44,900 nt of DNA, from positions 1 through 44,900 of the forward strand of contig CAZHTZ010000005.1 in NCBI GenBank assembly GCA_964535455.1, given 5' to 3'. This document shows positions 9,570 to 17,966 of this stretch, in pieces. This DNA is from an uncultured Caldilineales bacterium (GTDB lineage Bacteria > Chloroflexota > Anaerolineae > J102). Numbering within the stretch: the first letter of the stretch is position 1; the number at the start of each line of letters is the position of its first letter. The notes beneath the pieces are model-generated. The model ran no database searches. It was not told where the DNA came from and was given only the letters and a program-made list of their open reading frames with translations. Made by a program: the position numbers and the translations under genes.

Positions 9570-10532
9570 ATGACGACGTTGAAACCGGCCATCCCGGCGT
9601 CTTCTTCTGCCCCTGATTCGCCGCGCTCGGGGGTATCTTGGGAGGGCCTTGCTTACCTGCTGGCCATCTACGTCATTTGGGGCAGCACCTACCTGGCCAT
9701 CCGTGTAGCAGTGCGCGGTGGTTTCCCGCCGTTCATGTTGGGCGCCACGCGCCTGGTGTTGGCGGGGGCCATCCTCATGGGCTGGGCTATGGTACGCCGG
9801 CAACAGTGGCGGCTCAAGCGGCGCGAGATCGGGTTGCTGGCGGTTTCGGGTGTGTTGCTGTGGACGTTTGGGAATGGGCTGGTCCTCTGGGCCGAGCAGT
9901 ACGCTGACTCCGGATACGCCGCCCTGCTTGTCAGCACGACGCCGATCTGGGTTGCCATCTTCGAGGCCATCCTCGATCGCCGCATCCCCACCCGGCGGCT
10001 TACGCTGGCGCTTCTGGTTGGGTTTTCCGGCATCGTCGTGCTCTCGATGCCGCAGTTGCGCCATGCGGGCGTGGCGCCGGCGACGTACCCGCTGACCCTC
10101 CTGGCCTTGCTGGTGGCCCCGGCGAGCTGGGCGGCAGGATCGGTGTTTCAGCAAAGACGGCCCGTGGAGGCGCCGGTCACGGTGCGGTCTGCCTATCAGC
10201 ACTTGTTTGGCGCCCTGGGATTTGCCGTCGCCGTGCTTCTAACTCAGGAGCCGCGCCCGACGCCAACTCCAGCCGCCTGGACGGCGTTTGGCTACCTGGT
10301 CATCGTTGGTTCGCTGATCGGCTTCACCTCCTTCTTGCAGGCCCTGCGCCTGTTGCCGATCAACATTGCCATGACCTATGCCTACGTCAACCCTGTGGTA
10401 GCTGTGGCGCTGGGGTGGTTGATCCTGAGCGAACCGATCACAGTCTGGATGGTAGCAGGAAGTGTGCTGGTGCTGCTCGGCGTAGCGGGCATCTTCCGCG
10501 AGCGCTACGGACGCAGAAGCCAACCAGGGTGA
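9570..10532 (+). CDS. EamA/DMT family transporter (YedA-like)
   Basis: YVIWGSTYLAIR and YAYVNPVVAV motifs; about 10 TM segments. Confidence 0.9.
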   Translation: MTTLKPAIPASSSAPDSPRSGVSWEGLAYLLAIYVIWGSTYLAIRVAVRGGFPPFMLGATRLVLAGAILMGWAMVRRQQWRLKRREIGLLAVSGVLLWTFGNGLVLWAEQYADSGYAALLVSTTPIWVAIFEAILDRRIPTRRLTLALLVGFSGIVVLSMPQLRHAGVAPATYPLTLLALLVAPASWAAGSVFQQRRPVEAPVTVRSAYQHLFGALGFAVAVLLTQEPRPTPTPAAWTAFGYLVIVGSLIGFTSFLQALRLLPINIAMTYAYVNPVVAVALGWLILSEPITVWMVAGSVLVLLGVAGIFRERYGRRSQPG

Positions 10533-10617
10533 CCTGTTCCCCCGTACTCTGATCTGGCAACCAGAGCGGTAGGCCGGCGTTCGTGCGCCAGCAGTGCTGC
10601 TTATGTAAATCAAGTGA

Positions 10618-10646
10618 TTGACATAGGCAAAAATGTGTGGCATACT
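10618..10646 (+). promoter_or_regulatory. Sigma-70-type promoter
   Basis: TTGACA (10618-10623), 17 nt, CATACT (10641-10646) with an extended TG; AT-rich upstream. Confidence 0.7.
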
Positions 10647-10672
10647 TACAATTGCCTGGCAGCTTTGCTTCG

Positions 10673-10871
10673 CTGGCGATCCGTGACATGGCCCGGCTGT
10701 GGTCGAGTGAAGGGATCGTTCTGGGAAACCTGGCACGGGAGACCGTGCGCCAATTGGCCGGATGCCAGGTGACCACGGCGAGTTGCGTCGGAGCAGAATA
10801 AACCCCGGCGCGTCACGGCGAACCCGAGCCCCCTGGATTCGTCTTGATCGCCGGGAGCGGAGATCCGACGC
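10673..10871 (+). ncRNA. Candidate structured 5' leader or ncRNA (family not recognised)
   Basis: Several nested helices, a GAGA-capped hairpin and alternative pairings between the promoter and the DksA/TraR-like gene (see findings). Confidence 0.5.
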
Positions 10872-10909
10872 GTACAGGTGATATGAGCATCCCATGGCGG
10901 AGGTCGCCC

Positions 10910-11239
10910 ATGATAACCACTACCCCGCGTGAACGCATCCTTGAAGAACTTGAGATTGCCGAAGCGGACCTGGCCAAGGTCACAGTTCAACTGGAAGAGA
11001 AGCCAGAGTTGGGTCCGGGCACAGGCAGCACAGGCGCCATGACCTGGGAACTGGCCCTGGCCCGCAGGGAATGGATTGAAGAACAGCTCAAGTCGCTGCG
11101 CTCTGCCCTCGATCGAGCGCTGAATGGCGCCTATGGTCGTTGTCAGGTCTGTGGCGCCGAGATCGATCCAGAACGGCTGGAGATCTTGCCCACGACCACG
11201 ACCTGCGCCGATTGTGCGCGCAAAGGTCGGGCCCGCTAG
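10910..11239 (+). CDS. TraR/DksA-family C4 zinc-finger protein
   Basis: ALDR...GAYGRCQVCGAEIDPERLEILPTTTTCADC; GGAGG SD before ATG 10910. Confidence 0.88.
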   Translation: MITTTPRERILEELEIAEADLAKVTVQLEEKPELGPGTGSTGAMTWELALARREWIEEQLKSLRSALDRALNGAYGRCQVCGAEIDPERLEILPTTTTCADCARKGRAR

Positions 11240-11375
11240 TTAGCGACCCGCTAGCGCTTGCCTTTGCTCTGCTTTTCTGACAGAATTCGCTCCCTAACTC
11301 TGACCCGCACGCCCCGTCATACGGAACCGGCGTGCGGGTTCTCGTTTGGCCGCTCGAATCCCTGCGCGCTGCCGC

Positions 11376-12839
11376 ATGCCTGACCACCTCCCACCACCTG
11401 CCGCCGCACCGCTTCCTGTGACACAGCCCCACCGGCACAAGTGGTGGATCCTGGTCGCGATCGGTCTCACGTTGTTCATGGGTGCGGTGGATGGCACCAT
11501 CGTCAATGTGGCCCTCCCCAGCCTCACACGCGAGCTGCAGACCGATTTTCGCACCATACAATGGGTGGTACTGGCGTTCCTGGTGGGGCTGTCCGTGCTC
11601 ATACTCAGCATGGGCAGGCTGGGCGACATGGTGGGCAAGAAGGTGGTGTTCACGACTGGACTCGTGATCTTCGTAGTCGGGTCGGCGTTATGCGGACTGG
11701 CGCCCAACGTCTACTGGCTTATTGGCTTTCGCTTCCTGCAATCCATCGGCGCCGCCATGACGCTGGCTCTGGGCGTGGCCATCGTGACCGAGACGTGGCC
11801 CCTGCACGAACGCGGCAAAGCCATTGGCATCTCGGCCGGCATCATCTCGCTGGGCATTGCCGCCGGTCCGGCGGTGGGGGGGATTCTCTTGCAGATGGCG
11901 GGATGGCGTTGGATTTTCTTCGTCAACCTTCCGATTGGCGTTCTTTCCCTGGCGCTGGTCCTGGCTTTCATCCCCCCCTTGGCGCCGTCCAAACGCGGTG
12001 AGTCGTTCGACTTTGCCGGCGCCGTCTTGATCGGCGTCATGCTGCTGGCCCTGACCATGGCGATGACCCTCGGTCAGAGTAAAGGCTTCCTGTCGGCGAG
12101 CGTTCTCGGGTTGTTGCTCCTGTCCGTGCTCTGTCTGCTCGCTTTCGTGCGGACGGAACGTCGCCTGGCCCACCCGATGATCAACCTTTCGCTGTTTCGC
12201 AATGCCACCTTCAGCCTTAACCTCTTCACCGGCTTTCTCACTTTTGTGGGCATCGCCGGCGTTGTGCTGTTGTTTCCTTTCTATCTCCAGCTTGTGATGG
12301 GCCTGCAGCAGGGGCAGGTGGGCCTGATGATGGCTGTGGTGCCGTTAGTGCTGGCGATCCTGAACCCCATTTCCGGCGTCCTCTCGGACCGCGTCGGCAC
12401 GCGACCGGTGAGCATCGTCGGCCTTATCCTCCTCGTCTTGGGCTATCTGGCTTTGACGCGTCTCAACACCAGCAGCACCGTCGGCGAGTATCTCATCTAC
12501 CTCTTACCGGTCGGCCTGGGCATGGGTACGTTTCAAAGCCCCAACAACACGTCGATCATGAGCGCGGTGCCCCGGAATCGGCTCGGCGTCGCTTCCGGCA
12601 CCCTGAGCATGACTCGCACCCTGGGGCAGACCGCGGGCATTGCCGTCCTGGGTGCGTACTTTGTCAGCCGCCTCCAGGTCTACGCTGGCCAGGCTGTCGA
12701 CGTCAGCACGGCCAGCGCCGACGCCATTGTCGAGGCCATGCACGATGAGTTCGTCCTGGTGGCGGGCCTGATCGCCATTGGCCTGGTGATCGCCTTGTGG
12801 CAGTGGCGCCTGGAGGCGCGTGCCGGGCGGAACGAGTAG
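11376..12839 (+). CDS. MFS drug:H+ antiporter (DHA2/EmrB-QacA family)
   Basis: DGTIVNVALP, GRLGDMVGKK, WRWIFFVNLPIG; about 14 TM segments. Start approximate. Confidence 0.92.
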   Translation: MPDHLPPPAAAPLPVTQPHRHKWWILVAIGLTLFMGAVDGTIVNVALPSLTRELQTDFRTIQWVVLAFLVGLSVLILSMGRLGDMVGKKVVFTTGLVIFVVGSALCGLAPNVYWLIGFRFLQSIGAAMTLALGVAIVTETWPLHERGKAIGISAGIISLGIAAGPAVGGILLQMAGWRWIFFVNLPIGVLSLALVLAFIPPLAPSKRGESFDFAGAVLIGVMLLALTMAMTLGQSKGFLSASVLGLLLLSVLCLLAFVRTERRLAHPMINLSLFRNATFSLNLFTGFLTFVGIAGVVLLFPFYLQLVMGLQQGQVGLMMAVVPLVLAILNPISGVLSDRVGTRPVSIVGLILLVLGYLALTRLNTSSTVGEYLIYLLPVGLGMGTFQSPNNTSIMSAVPRNRLGVASGTLSMTRTLGQTAGIAVLGAYFVSRLQVYAGQAVDVSTASADAIVEAMHDEFVLVAGLIAIGLVIALWQWRLEARAGRNE

Positions 12840-12841
12840 GA

Positions 12842-12985
12842 CAGGAGACCATCAGACCGGGAACTTGGCAAGCAGGAAACCGGTAGACCTGGCCAGCGGG
12901 AAATCCACCCCAACGCAGGATGAACCTGGTCTCCTGGTTTTCTGGTCTACAGGTGTCCCGATTTCCAGTTCCAGGCGGTGAAGCG
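12842..12985. repeat. Degenerate ~8-nt reiterations with inverted arms
   Basis: CAGGAGACCA (12842-12851) / TGGTCTCCTG (12927-12936); GTAGACC (12883) / GGTCTAC (12944); GGAAATC (12899) / GATTTCC (12960). Confidence 0.5.
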
Positions 12986-13131
12986 CGGCCGGAAGCGCCT
13001 CGTATTCCAGATGCCGGAGCGAGTTGGACGCGATGGAGACGGGGAGTGGCGAAGATAGTGGAGATATGGCATAAGGAACAAGAGCCAAATCTACGCCGTT
13101 GAGTTTACGAACGCCGAGTTGCGTTACTATC

Positions 13132-15267
13132 ATGAAACGCCTGGCTATTCAGCGACAGAGCCTGCTTGTCCAAATCATCCTCGCCTTCGTGGCGCTGGTG
13201 CTCCTCACAGCAATCGTGGCTAACCTGCCGGCGCAGTGGCTGATCCGTGATCAGCAGTGGCGCCAGGCCTGGGCGCAGGTGGATCAAGGTGGCCAGGCGA
13301 CGCAAGCACTCTACGTTTCTAAGATAAACGAGGTGGTGGGCGTGGCGACCCTGACGGCCGAACGCCCTACACTGCACGCGTTGCTGGCCCAGGCCGACGC
13401 CGAAGCCGTCTCGACCTACCTGCGCACGCTGCAGTCCGGGGCCAGGGTGGATGCCGTGCTGATCTGCGACGTCGAAGGTCGGAGGGTGGCCAAGACAGGC
13501 GCAAGCCTGCCAGCCAGCCTGTGCAAAGCCGGCGAAGGGGCCGGTTTCTATGTAGCGCCAGAAGAGCGCATGCAACGTGTCTGGCTGCTTGCGGGTCGGC
13601 CCATCGTTGCCGACGGCGCGACTCAAGGTCTGGCAATCGTGGGGGAGCTGTTAGACCGTCAGTTTGCCGAACAAATGCGCACCCAGACTGGCTTGGAGCA
13701 CACGCTCTTCATGGGCAACGAGCAGGTGGCCACAAGTTTCGACAGCGGTGATAGCACCGGCGCGGCTACGCGCGAAGCTACTTCTGTCGAGCAGGATGGC
13801 GTTGAACGAGCCACATTCACATGGGGTGGCGAGCCGTATTTTGCCGCCCACCGTGCCTTAGCAGACATGCTTCCCGCCTATGAGCCTTTGCCTGCGAACC
13901 AGCCAGGTCCGCAGGTTGAGATCGCCTTGGCCGTGACCGATATGGTGAGCACGCAGCGGCGCCTTGCCCGCGCCCTTGCCGCCGGCATTCTTGCCGCGGT
14001 GCTGATGGGCTCCCTCCTTGGCGCCTTCCTGGCTCGGCGCATCAGCCGGCCGCTGGCGCGTTTGGCCGACGCCGCTGCCGCTCTTAGCGGTGGCACCCTG
14101 GACACCTCCCTGGCGAGTGAAACCCGGGTGCGTGAAGTGGCGCTGGTGGCTCAGGCTTTGGAGGAAGCCGGACGCGACTTGCAGCGCACCGTGGCCGAGC
14201 TGCGTCGTGAGAAAGCCTGGACCGATCACCTGCTTGAGGCCATTGTCGAGGGCATCATGACGCTGGATCACCAGGGACGCATCGTCTTCTTCAGCACCGG
14301 CGCCGAACGGATCACCGGCTGGCGTCGCACTGAGGTGATCGGGTGCTCCTGCGATCAAGTCTTCAAAATGGTAGAAACGGACGAGCGTTTCAGCCGGTTT
14401 CTCCCGGCGCCTGGCCTGCGCCAGAAAATCACCGTCGTCCTGGCAGAGGGCCGCCCGCGAACCCTGGATGTAACCGGAGCCAGACTGTTGCCTCCCGAAG
14501 CCGGCAATGCGCGGGTGGCCCTTGTGTTTCGGGACGTGAGCGAAGAGGAAGCCATCCATCGTCTGCTGGGCCATTTCCTGGCAAACGTTGCCCACGAGTT
14601 CCGCACGCCTCTCTCCGCCCTGGCTGCTTCCATCGAGCTATTGCGGGATCAGGCGCCTGATCTGAGCGCCGCCGAGCTGCAAGAGTTGCTGACATCGCTG
14701 CATCTTGGCATCATCGGCCTGCAGACGCTGGTGGACAATCTGCTGGAAGGAGCGAGCATCGAGGTCGGGCGTTTTCGCGTGTACCCCCGTCCCACGGACT
14801 TGGGCCGAATAGTGGCCGAGGCCGCTCAATTGATGCAGCCACTGCTCGAAAAGCGTGGTCAGCGTCTCACTCTGAGGCTTCCGCTGCCCCTGCCGGCTGT
14901 GCGGGCAGATATGCGCCGCACAGAACGGGCGTTGATCAACCTGCTGTCCAACGCCTGCAAGTACGGACCGGATGGGGCCGAGGTTGTGGTCGGGGCAACG
15001 GTGGATGGCGGCTGGGTGCGCGTGACGGTGGCCGACCAGGGGCCGGGTGTCCCACCCGAGCTCTGGCAAGACCTTTTCCGCCGTTTTCGGCGCTCCGATC
15101 CCGACAGCGGGGAGGCGCAGTACGGTGTGGGCCTGGGATTGTCAGTCGTCAGGGCTGTGATCGAGGCCCAGGGCGGCGCCGTGGGCGTCGAGAATCGGGC
15201 GGGCGGTGGCGCCATTTTCTGGTTCACTGTGCCTGTAGCAAACGATAGCGAGGTGGTGGAGCTATGA
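13132..15267 (+). CDS. Membrane sensor histidine kinase (extracytoplasmic Cache-like domain, HAMP, PAS, HisKA, HATPase)
   Basis: Two TM helices; HAMP ISRPLARLA; PAS EGIMTLD..GRI; H-box NVAHEFRTPL; NLLSNACKY, DQGPG, GLGL. Confidence 0.93.
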   Translation: MKRLAIQRQSLLVQIILAFVALVLLTAIVANLPAQWLIRDQQWRQAWAQVDQGGQATQALYVSKINEVVGVATLTAERPTLHALLAQADAEAVSTYLRTLQSGARVDAVLICDVEGRRVAKTGASLPASLCKAGEGAGFYVAPEERMQRVWLLAGRPIVADGATQGLAIVGELLDRQFAEQMRTQTGLEHTLFMGNEQVATSFDSGDSTGAATREATSVEQDGVERATFTWGGEPYFAAHRALADMLPAYEPLPANQPGPQVEIALAVTDMVSTQRRLARALAAGILAAVLMGSLLGAFLARRISRPLARLADAAAALSGGTLDTSLASETRVREVALVAQALEEAGRDLQRTVAELRREKAWTDHLLEAIVEGIMTLDHQGRIVFFSTGAERITGWRRTEVIGCSCDQVFKMVETDERFSRFLPAPGLRQKITVVLAEGRPRTLDVTGARLLPPEAGNARVALVFRDVSEEEAIHRLLGHFLANVAHEFRTPLSALAASIELLRDQAPDLSAAELQELLTSLHLGIIGLQTLVDNLLEGASIEVGRFRVYPRPTDLGRIVAEAAQLMQPLLEKRGQRLTLRLPLPLPAVRADMRRTERALINLLSNACKYGPDGAEVVVGATVDGGWVRVTVADQGPGVPPELWQDLFRRFRRSDPDSGEAQYGVGLGLSVVRAVIEAQGGAVGVENRAGGGAIFWFTVPVANDSEVVEL

Positions 15268-15971
15268 AGGCCATGGTCGTCGACGACGATCGGGTGTTGG
15301 CTGACCTGGTTGCCTTTGCCTTGCGCCGCGAGGGCTTCGACGTGATCCAGGCTCATGATGGCGAGGCCGCATTGCGACGCTGGACGGAGGAACAGCCCGA
15401 CCTGGTCGTGCTCGATGTGAACCTGCCGAAGCTCGATGGCTTCGCCGTCTGCCGGCGGATTCGCTCCCAGGCTGACATCCCCTCAAGCGGTCTACACACC
15501 GCCATCATCATGCTGACCGTGCGCAGTGAAGAGGACGATCTTGTGCACGGCCTGGAAGTGGGCGCCGATGACTACATCGCCAAGCCTTTCAGTCCGCGCC
15601 AGCTCGTGGCCCGCGCCCAGGCGGTTCTGCGTCGCACCGGCAGGGCTCCCGCCCCCACCCTCCGCCAGACCGGCCAGCTTACGCTTGACCCCTCCCGACG
15701 TGAAGTGCGTGTGGCGCAGCTCCACGACGAGGGCAACCCTGTGGCACTGACCCCGCTCGAATGCCGGTTGCTCGACTATCTGATGGCGAACGCAGGACGC
15801 GTGTTGACCACCGAAAGTATCATCGATCATGTTTGGGGGCCAGAAGGCGGCGACCGGGACATGGTGCGCCAGTTGATACGCCGGCTGCGCGCCAAAATCG
15901 AGCCAGATCCCACCCGGCCGACGTTTATCGAGACCGTGGCTGGCCTGGGCTATGGCTTGAAGCTTTCATAG
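15264..15971 (+). CDS. OmpR/PhoB-family response regulator
   Basis: VVDDD, LDVNLP, GADDYIAKPF; winged helix ending IETVAGLGY. Overlaps the kinase stop (ATGA). Confidence 0.95.
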   Translation: MKAMVVDDDRVLADLVAFALRREGFDVIQAHDGEAALRRWTEEQPDLVVLDVNLPKLDGFAVCRRIRSQADIPSSGLHTAIIMLTVRSEEDDLVHGLEVGADDYIAKPFSPRQLVARAQAVLRRTGRAPAPTLRQTGQLTLDPSRREVRVAQLHDEGNPVALTPLECRLLDYLMANAGRVLTTESIIDHVWGPEGGDRDMVRQLIRRLRAKIEPDPTRPTFIETVAGLGYGLKLS

Positions 15972-16004
15972 GTGCGACGAACCTGGAAGGTGCATTACAC
16001 CTGA

Positions 16005-16044
16005 TGTCACAGGTTTGTCACAGCTTTGTCACGGCGCCTGTCAT
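16005..16044 (+). promoter_or_regulatory. Pho-box-like direct repeats (OmpR/PhoB-family operator)
   Basis: TGTCAC at 16005, 16016 and 16027 (11-nt period) and TGTCAT at 16039; -10-like TAAGCT at 16055-16060. Confidence 0.75.
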
Positions 16045-16081
16045 AACCGCGGGCTAAGCTAAGGGATACCTAAGGTTCATC

Positions 16082-17944
16082 ATGTCTATTGTTCTCGATC
16101 AACTGACCAAGCGCTACGGCGGCCATCCTGTAGTGAACAACGTCTCACTCGAGGTAGCGGACGGGGAGTTCTTTGTTCTGCTCGGCTCCAGCGGCAGCGG
16201 CAAGACCACCGTCCTGAGCACCATCGCTGGCCTGACCGAAGCCGATCATGGTCGCGTTATTCTTCACGGTCGCGATGTCACCCATCTCCCCCCTCAGCAG
16301 CGACGCATCGGCTTCGTCTTTCAGAACTTCGCCCTATTTCAGTATATGACGGTGGCCGACAACATCGAGTTCGGTCTCAGCATCCGTAGAGTGTCGAGAG
16401 CCGAACGCCGTCGTCGTCGCGACGAATTGCTCGAGCTGGTGGGGTTGGCGGGTCTGGGTAATCGAATGCCTCGCCAGCTTTCCGGCGGACAGCAGCAACG
16501 GGTGGCGTTGGCCCGAGCGCTGGCTCACCAACCCGAAGCCCTGCTCTTGGATGAACCGTTGGGAGCCCTCGACGCCAAGATTCGTTCTGAGCTTCGCCGC
16601 ACACTGCGCGCTATCCAGCGCGAATTGGGTATCACCACCATCCTTGTCACCCACGACCAGGAGGAGGCGTTCGAGTTGGCAGACCGGCTGGGCGTGATGA
16701 ACTTTGGGCGGCTTCTAGAAGTGGGCCCGCCTGACGAATTGTATCGGCGCCCGCAAACCGAGTTCGTAGCCACCTTTCTGGGCACGGCCAATCTGCTGGT
16801 CGGCAAGCGCGCCAAGGGCGGAGTGCAGGTGGGGCCGGCTCAGTTCCCCTTGCCGGGTGAATTCGAAACGCGTTCTCAGGACGAGCGGGTGCAAGTGCTG
16901 TTCCGACCTGAAGATGTTGTGCTTGGCGACTCGACCATCACTCTCGATCACCCGTTGCTTGGTCGGGGACGGGTCGAGCAGATAAGCTCTGCCGGTTCAT
17001 TCGAGCGGCTGCGACTGCGCTTACCTCCCATCCCTGGCGTGCGACCTATTGCCCCACCGGTGACGTTTGGCGAGGATGCGGTGTTGGTGGAGGCGACCCG
17101 CCCCCAAGATCAGGTGGATCGTTTGCCTGTCCAGCCGGGTCAGGATATCTGGGTGGCGGTGCGTCGAGTCCACGCTCTGGCTCATCCTGGCCTGCGCTTT
17201 CTGATCGCCACTGATGGTTCGGTGCATGCGCAAGCCGCGCTCGACCTGGGCGGCCAAATCGCCCGTCTGGCCCACGCTCGCACTGTGCTCCTGGGTTACG
17301 GCCTGAAAGGCGAGGCGCTGCAACGCCATCTCCAGGTGGCCAAGGAGCAGTTGGGGAGTGGCCTGGCAGCGTTGGAGGCACGGGCTACCCTCGACCCTCT
17401 GGCCGAAGCCGTGAAGCGCGAGGTCGAGCGCTCGCCGTGTGATCTGGTCGTACTGGGCGCTGGCGGGCGCGAAGACCAGGCGCTGGCAGAACAGGTTTTC
17501 CAGGCGGGCGAGCACAACTTGCTGCTGGTTTCTCATTCTCGGCCAGCACTCAGTCGCGCTTTGATCTGCGTCACAAGCGGTGAGCAGGGAAAGGCCGATG
17601 TGCTCTTTGCCGGGCGATTGATGCGCCACTTGGGCGCCGAGGCTACGCTGCTGTCGGTGCTCCCTGATAACGACCCGCAGTCGTTGGAACAGGACAGAAC
17701 CGAACGATTCCTGGCCGGTGGTGTACGCTCGCTGGATGTGTTGGGCGTGCCTGCCCGCACACTCATGCGTTACGGCGCCACCACCGCCGAGATCAGTCTG
17801 GAGCTGAGCGAAGGCGGCTATGACCTCCTGGTGTTGGGAGCGCCTCTGGCGGACCTCGACGGACAGATCACACTGAACGGTGTGGTTGGCCAGCTCTTGA
17901 ACAAAGTCATGGAAGTACCGATCCTCATCGTTCGTTCCGCATAG
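16082..17944 (+). CDS. cysA: Sulfate/thiosulfate ABC ATPase CysA fused to tandem universal-stress-protein (USP) domains
   Basis: Walker A GSSGSGKT, LSGGQQQR, LLLDEP, VTHDQEEA. The C-terminal part has FLIATDGS...DLVVLGA and ALICV...DLLVLGA...PILIVR USP patterns. Operon with sbp/cysT/cysW. Confidence 0.88.
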   Translation: MSIVLDQLTKRYGGHPVVNNVSLEVADGEFFVLLGSSGSGKTTVLSTIAGLTEADHGRVILHGRDVTHLPPQQRRIGFVFQNFALFQYMTVADNIEFGLSIRRVSRAERRRRRDELLELVGLAGLGNRMPRQLSGGQQQRVALARALAHQPEALLLDEPLGALDAKIRSELRRTLRAIQRELGITTILVTHDQEEAFELADRLGVMNFGRLLEVGPPDELYRRPQTEFVATFLGTANLLVGKRAKGGVQVGPAQFPLPGEFETRSQDERVQVLFRPEDVVLGDSTITLDHPLLGRGRVEQISSAGSFERLRLRLPPIPGVRPIAPPVTFGEDAVLVEATRPQDQVDRLPVQPGQDIWVAVRRVHALAHPGLRFLIATDGSVHAQAALDLGGQIARLAHARTVLLGYGLKGEALQRHLQVAKEQLGSGLAALEARATLDPLAEAVKREVERSPCDLVVLGAGGREDQALAEQVFQAGEHNLLLVSHSRPALSRALICVTSGEQGKADVLFAGRLMRHLGAEATLLSVLPDNDPQSLEQDRTERFLAGGVRSLDVLGVPARTLMRYGATTAEISLELSEGGYDLLVLGAPLADLDGQITLNGVVGQLLNKVMEVPILIVRSA

Positions 17945-17966
17945 CTCTAGGTAGGAGTTGTTTCCA

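Noticed and set aside
8949-10202. 417-aa minus-strand ORF, and similar long shadow ORFs (e.g. 17021-18166, 28250-29326, 42595-43806, 43227-44543, 43316-44728)
   Set aside because: Antisense or alternative-frame shadows of well-supported genes in GC-rich DNA, with no recognisable motifs.
10688-10801. Short upstream ORFs in the leader (37-aa MARLWSSEG..., and a 21-aa ORF with three Trp)
   Set aside because: No convincing SD, no tandem regulatory codons and no link to amino-acid biosynthesis; the RNA-structure reading explains the region better, though translation is not excluded.
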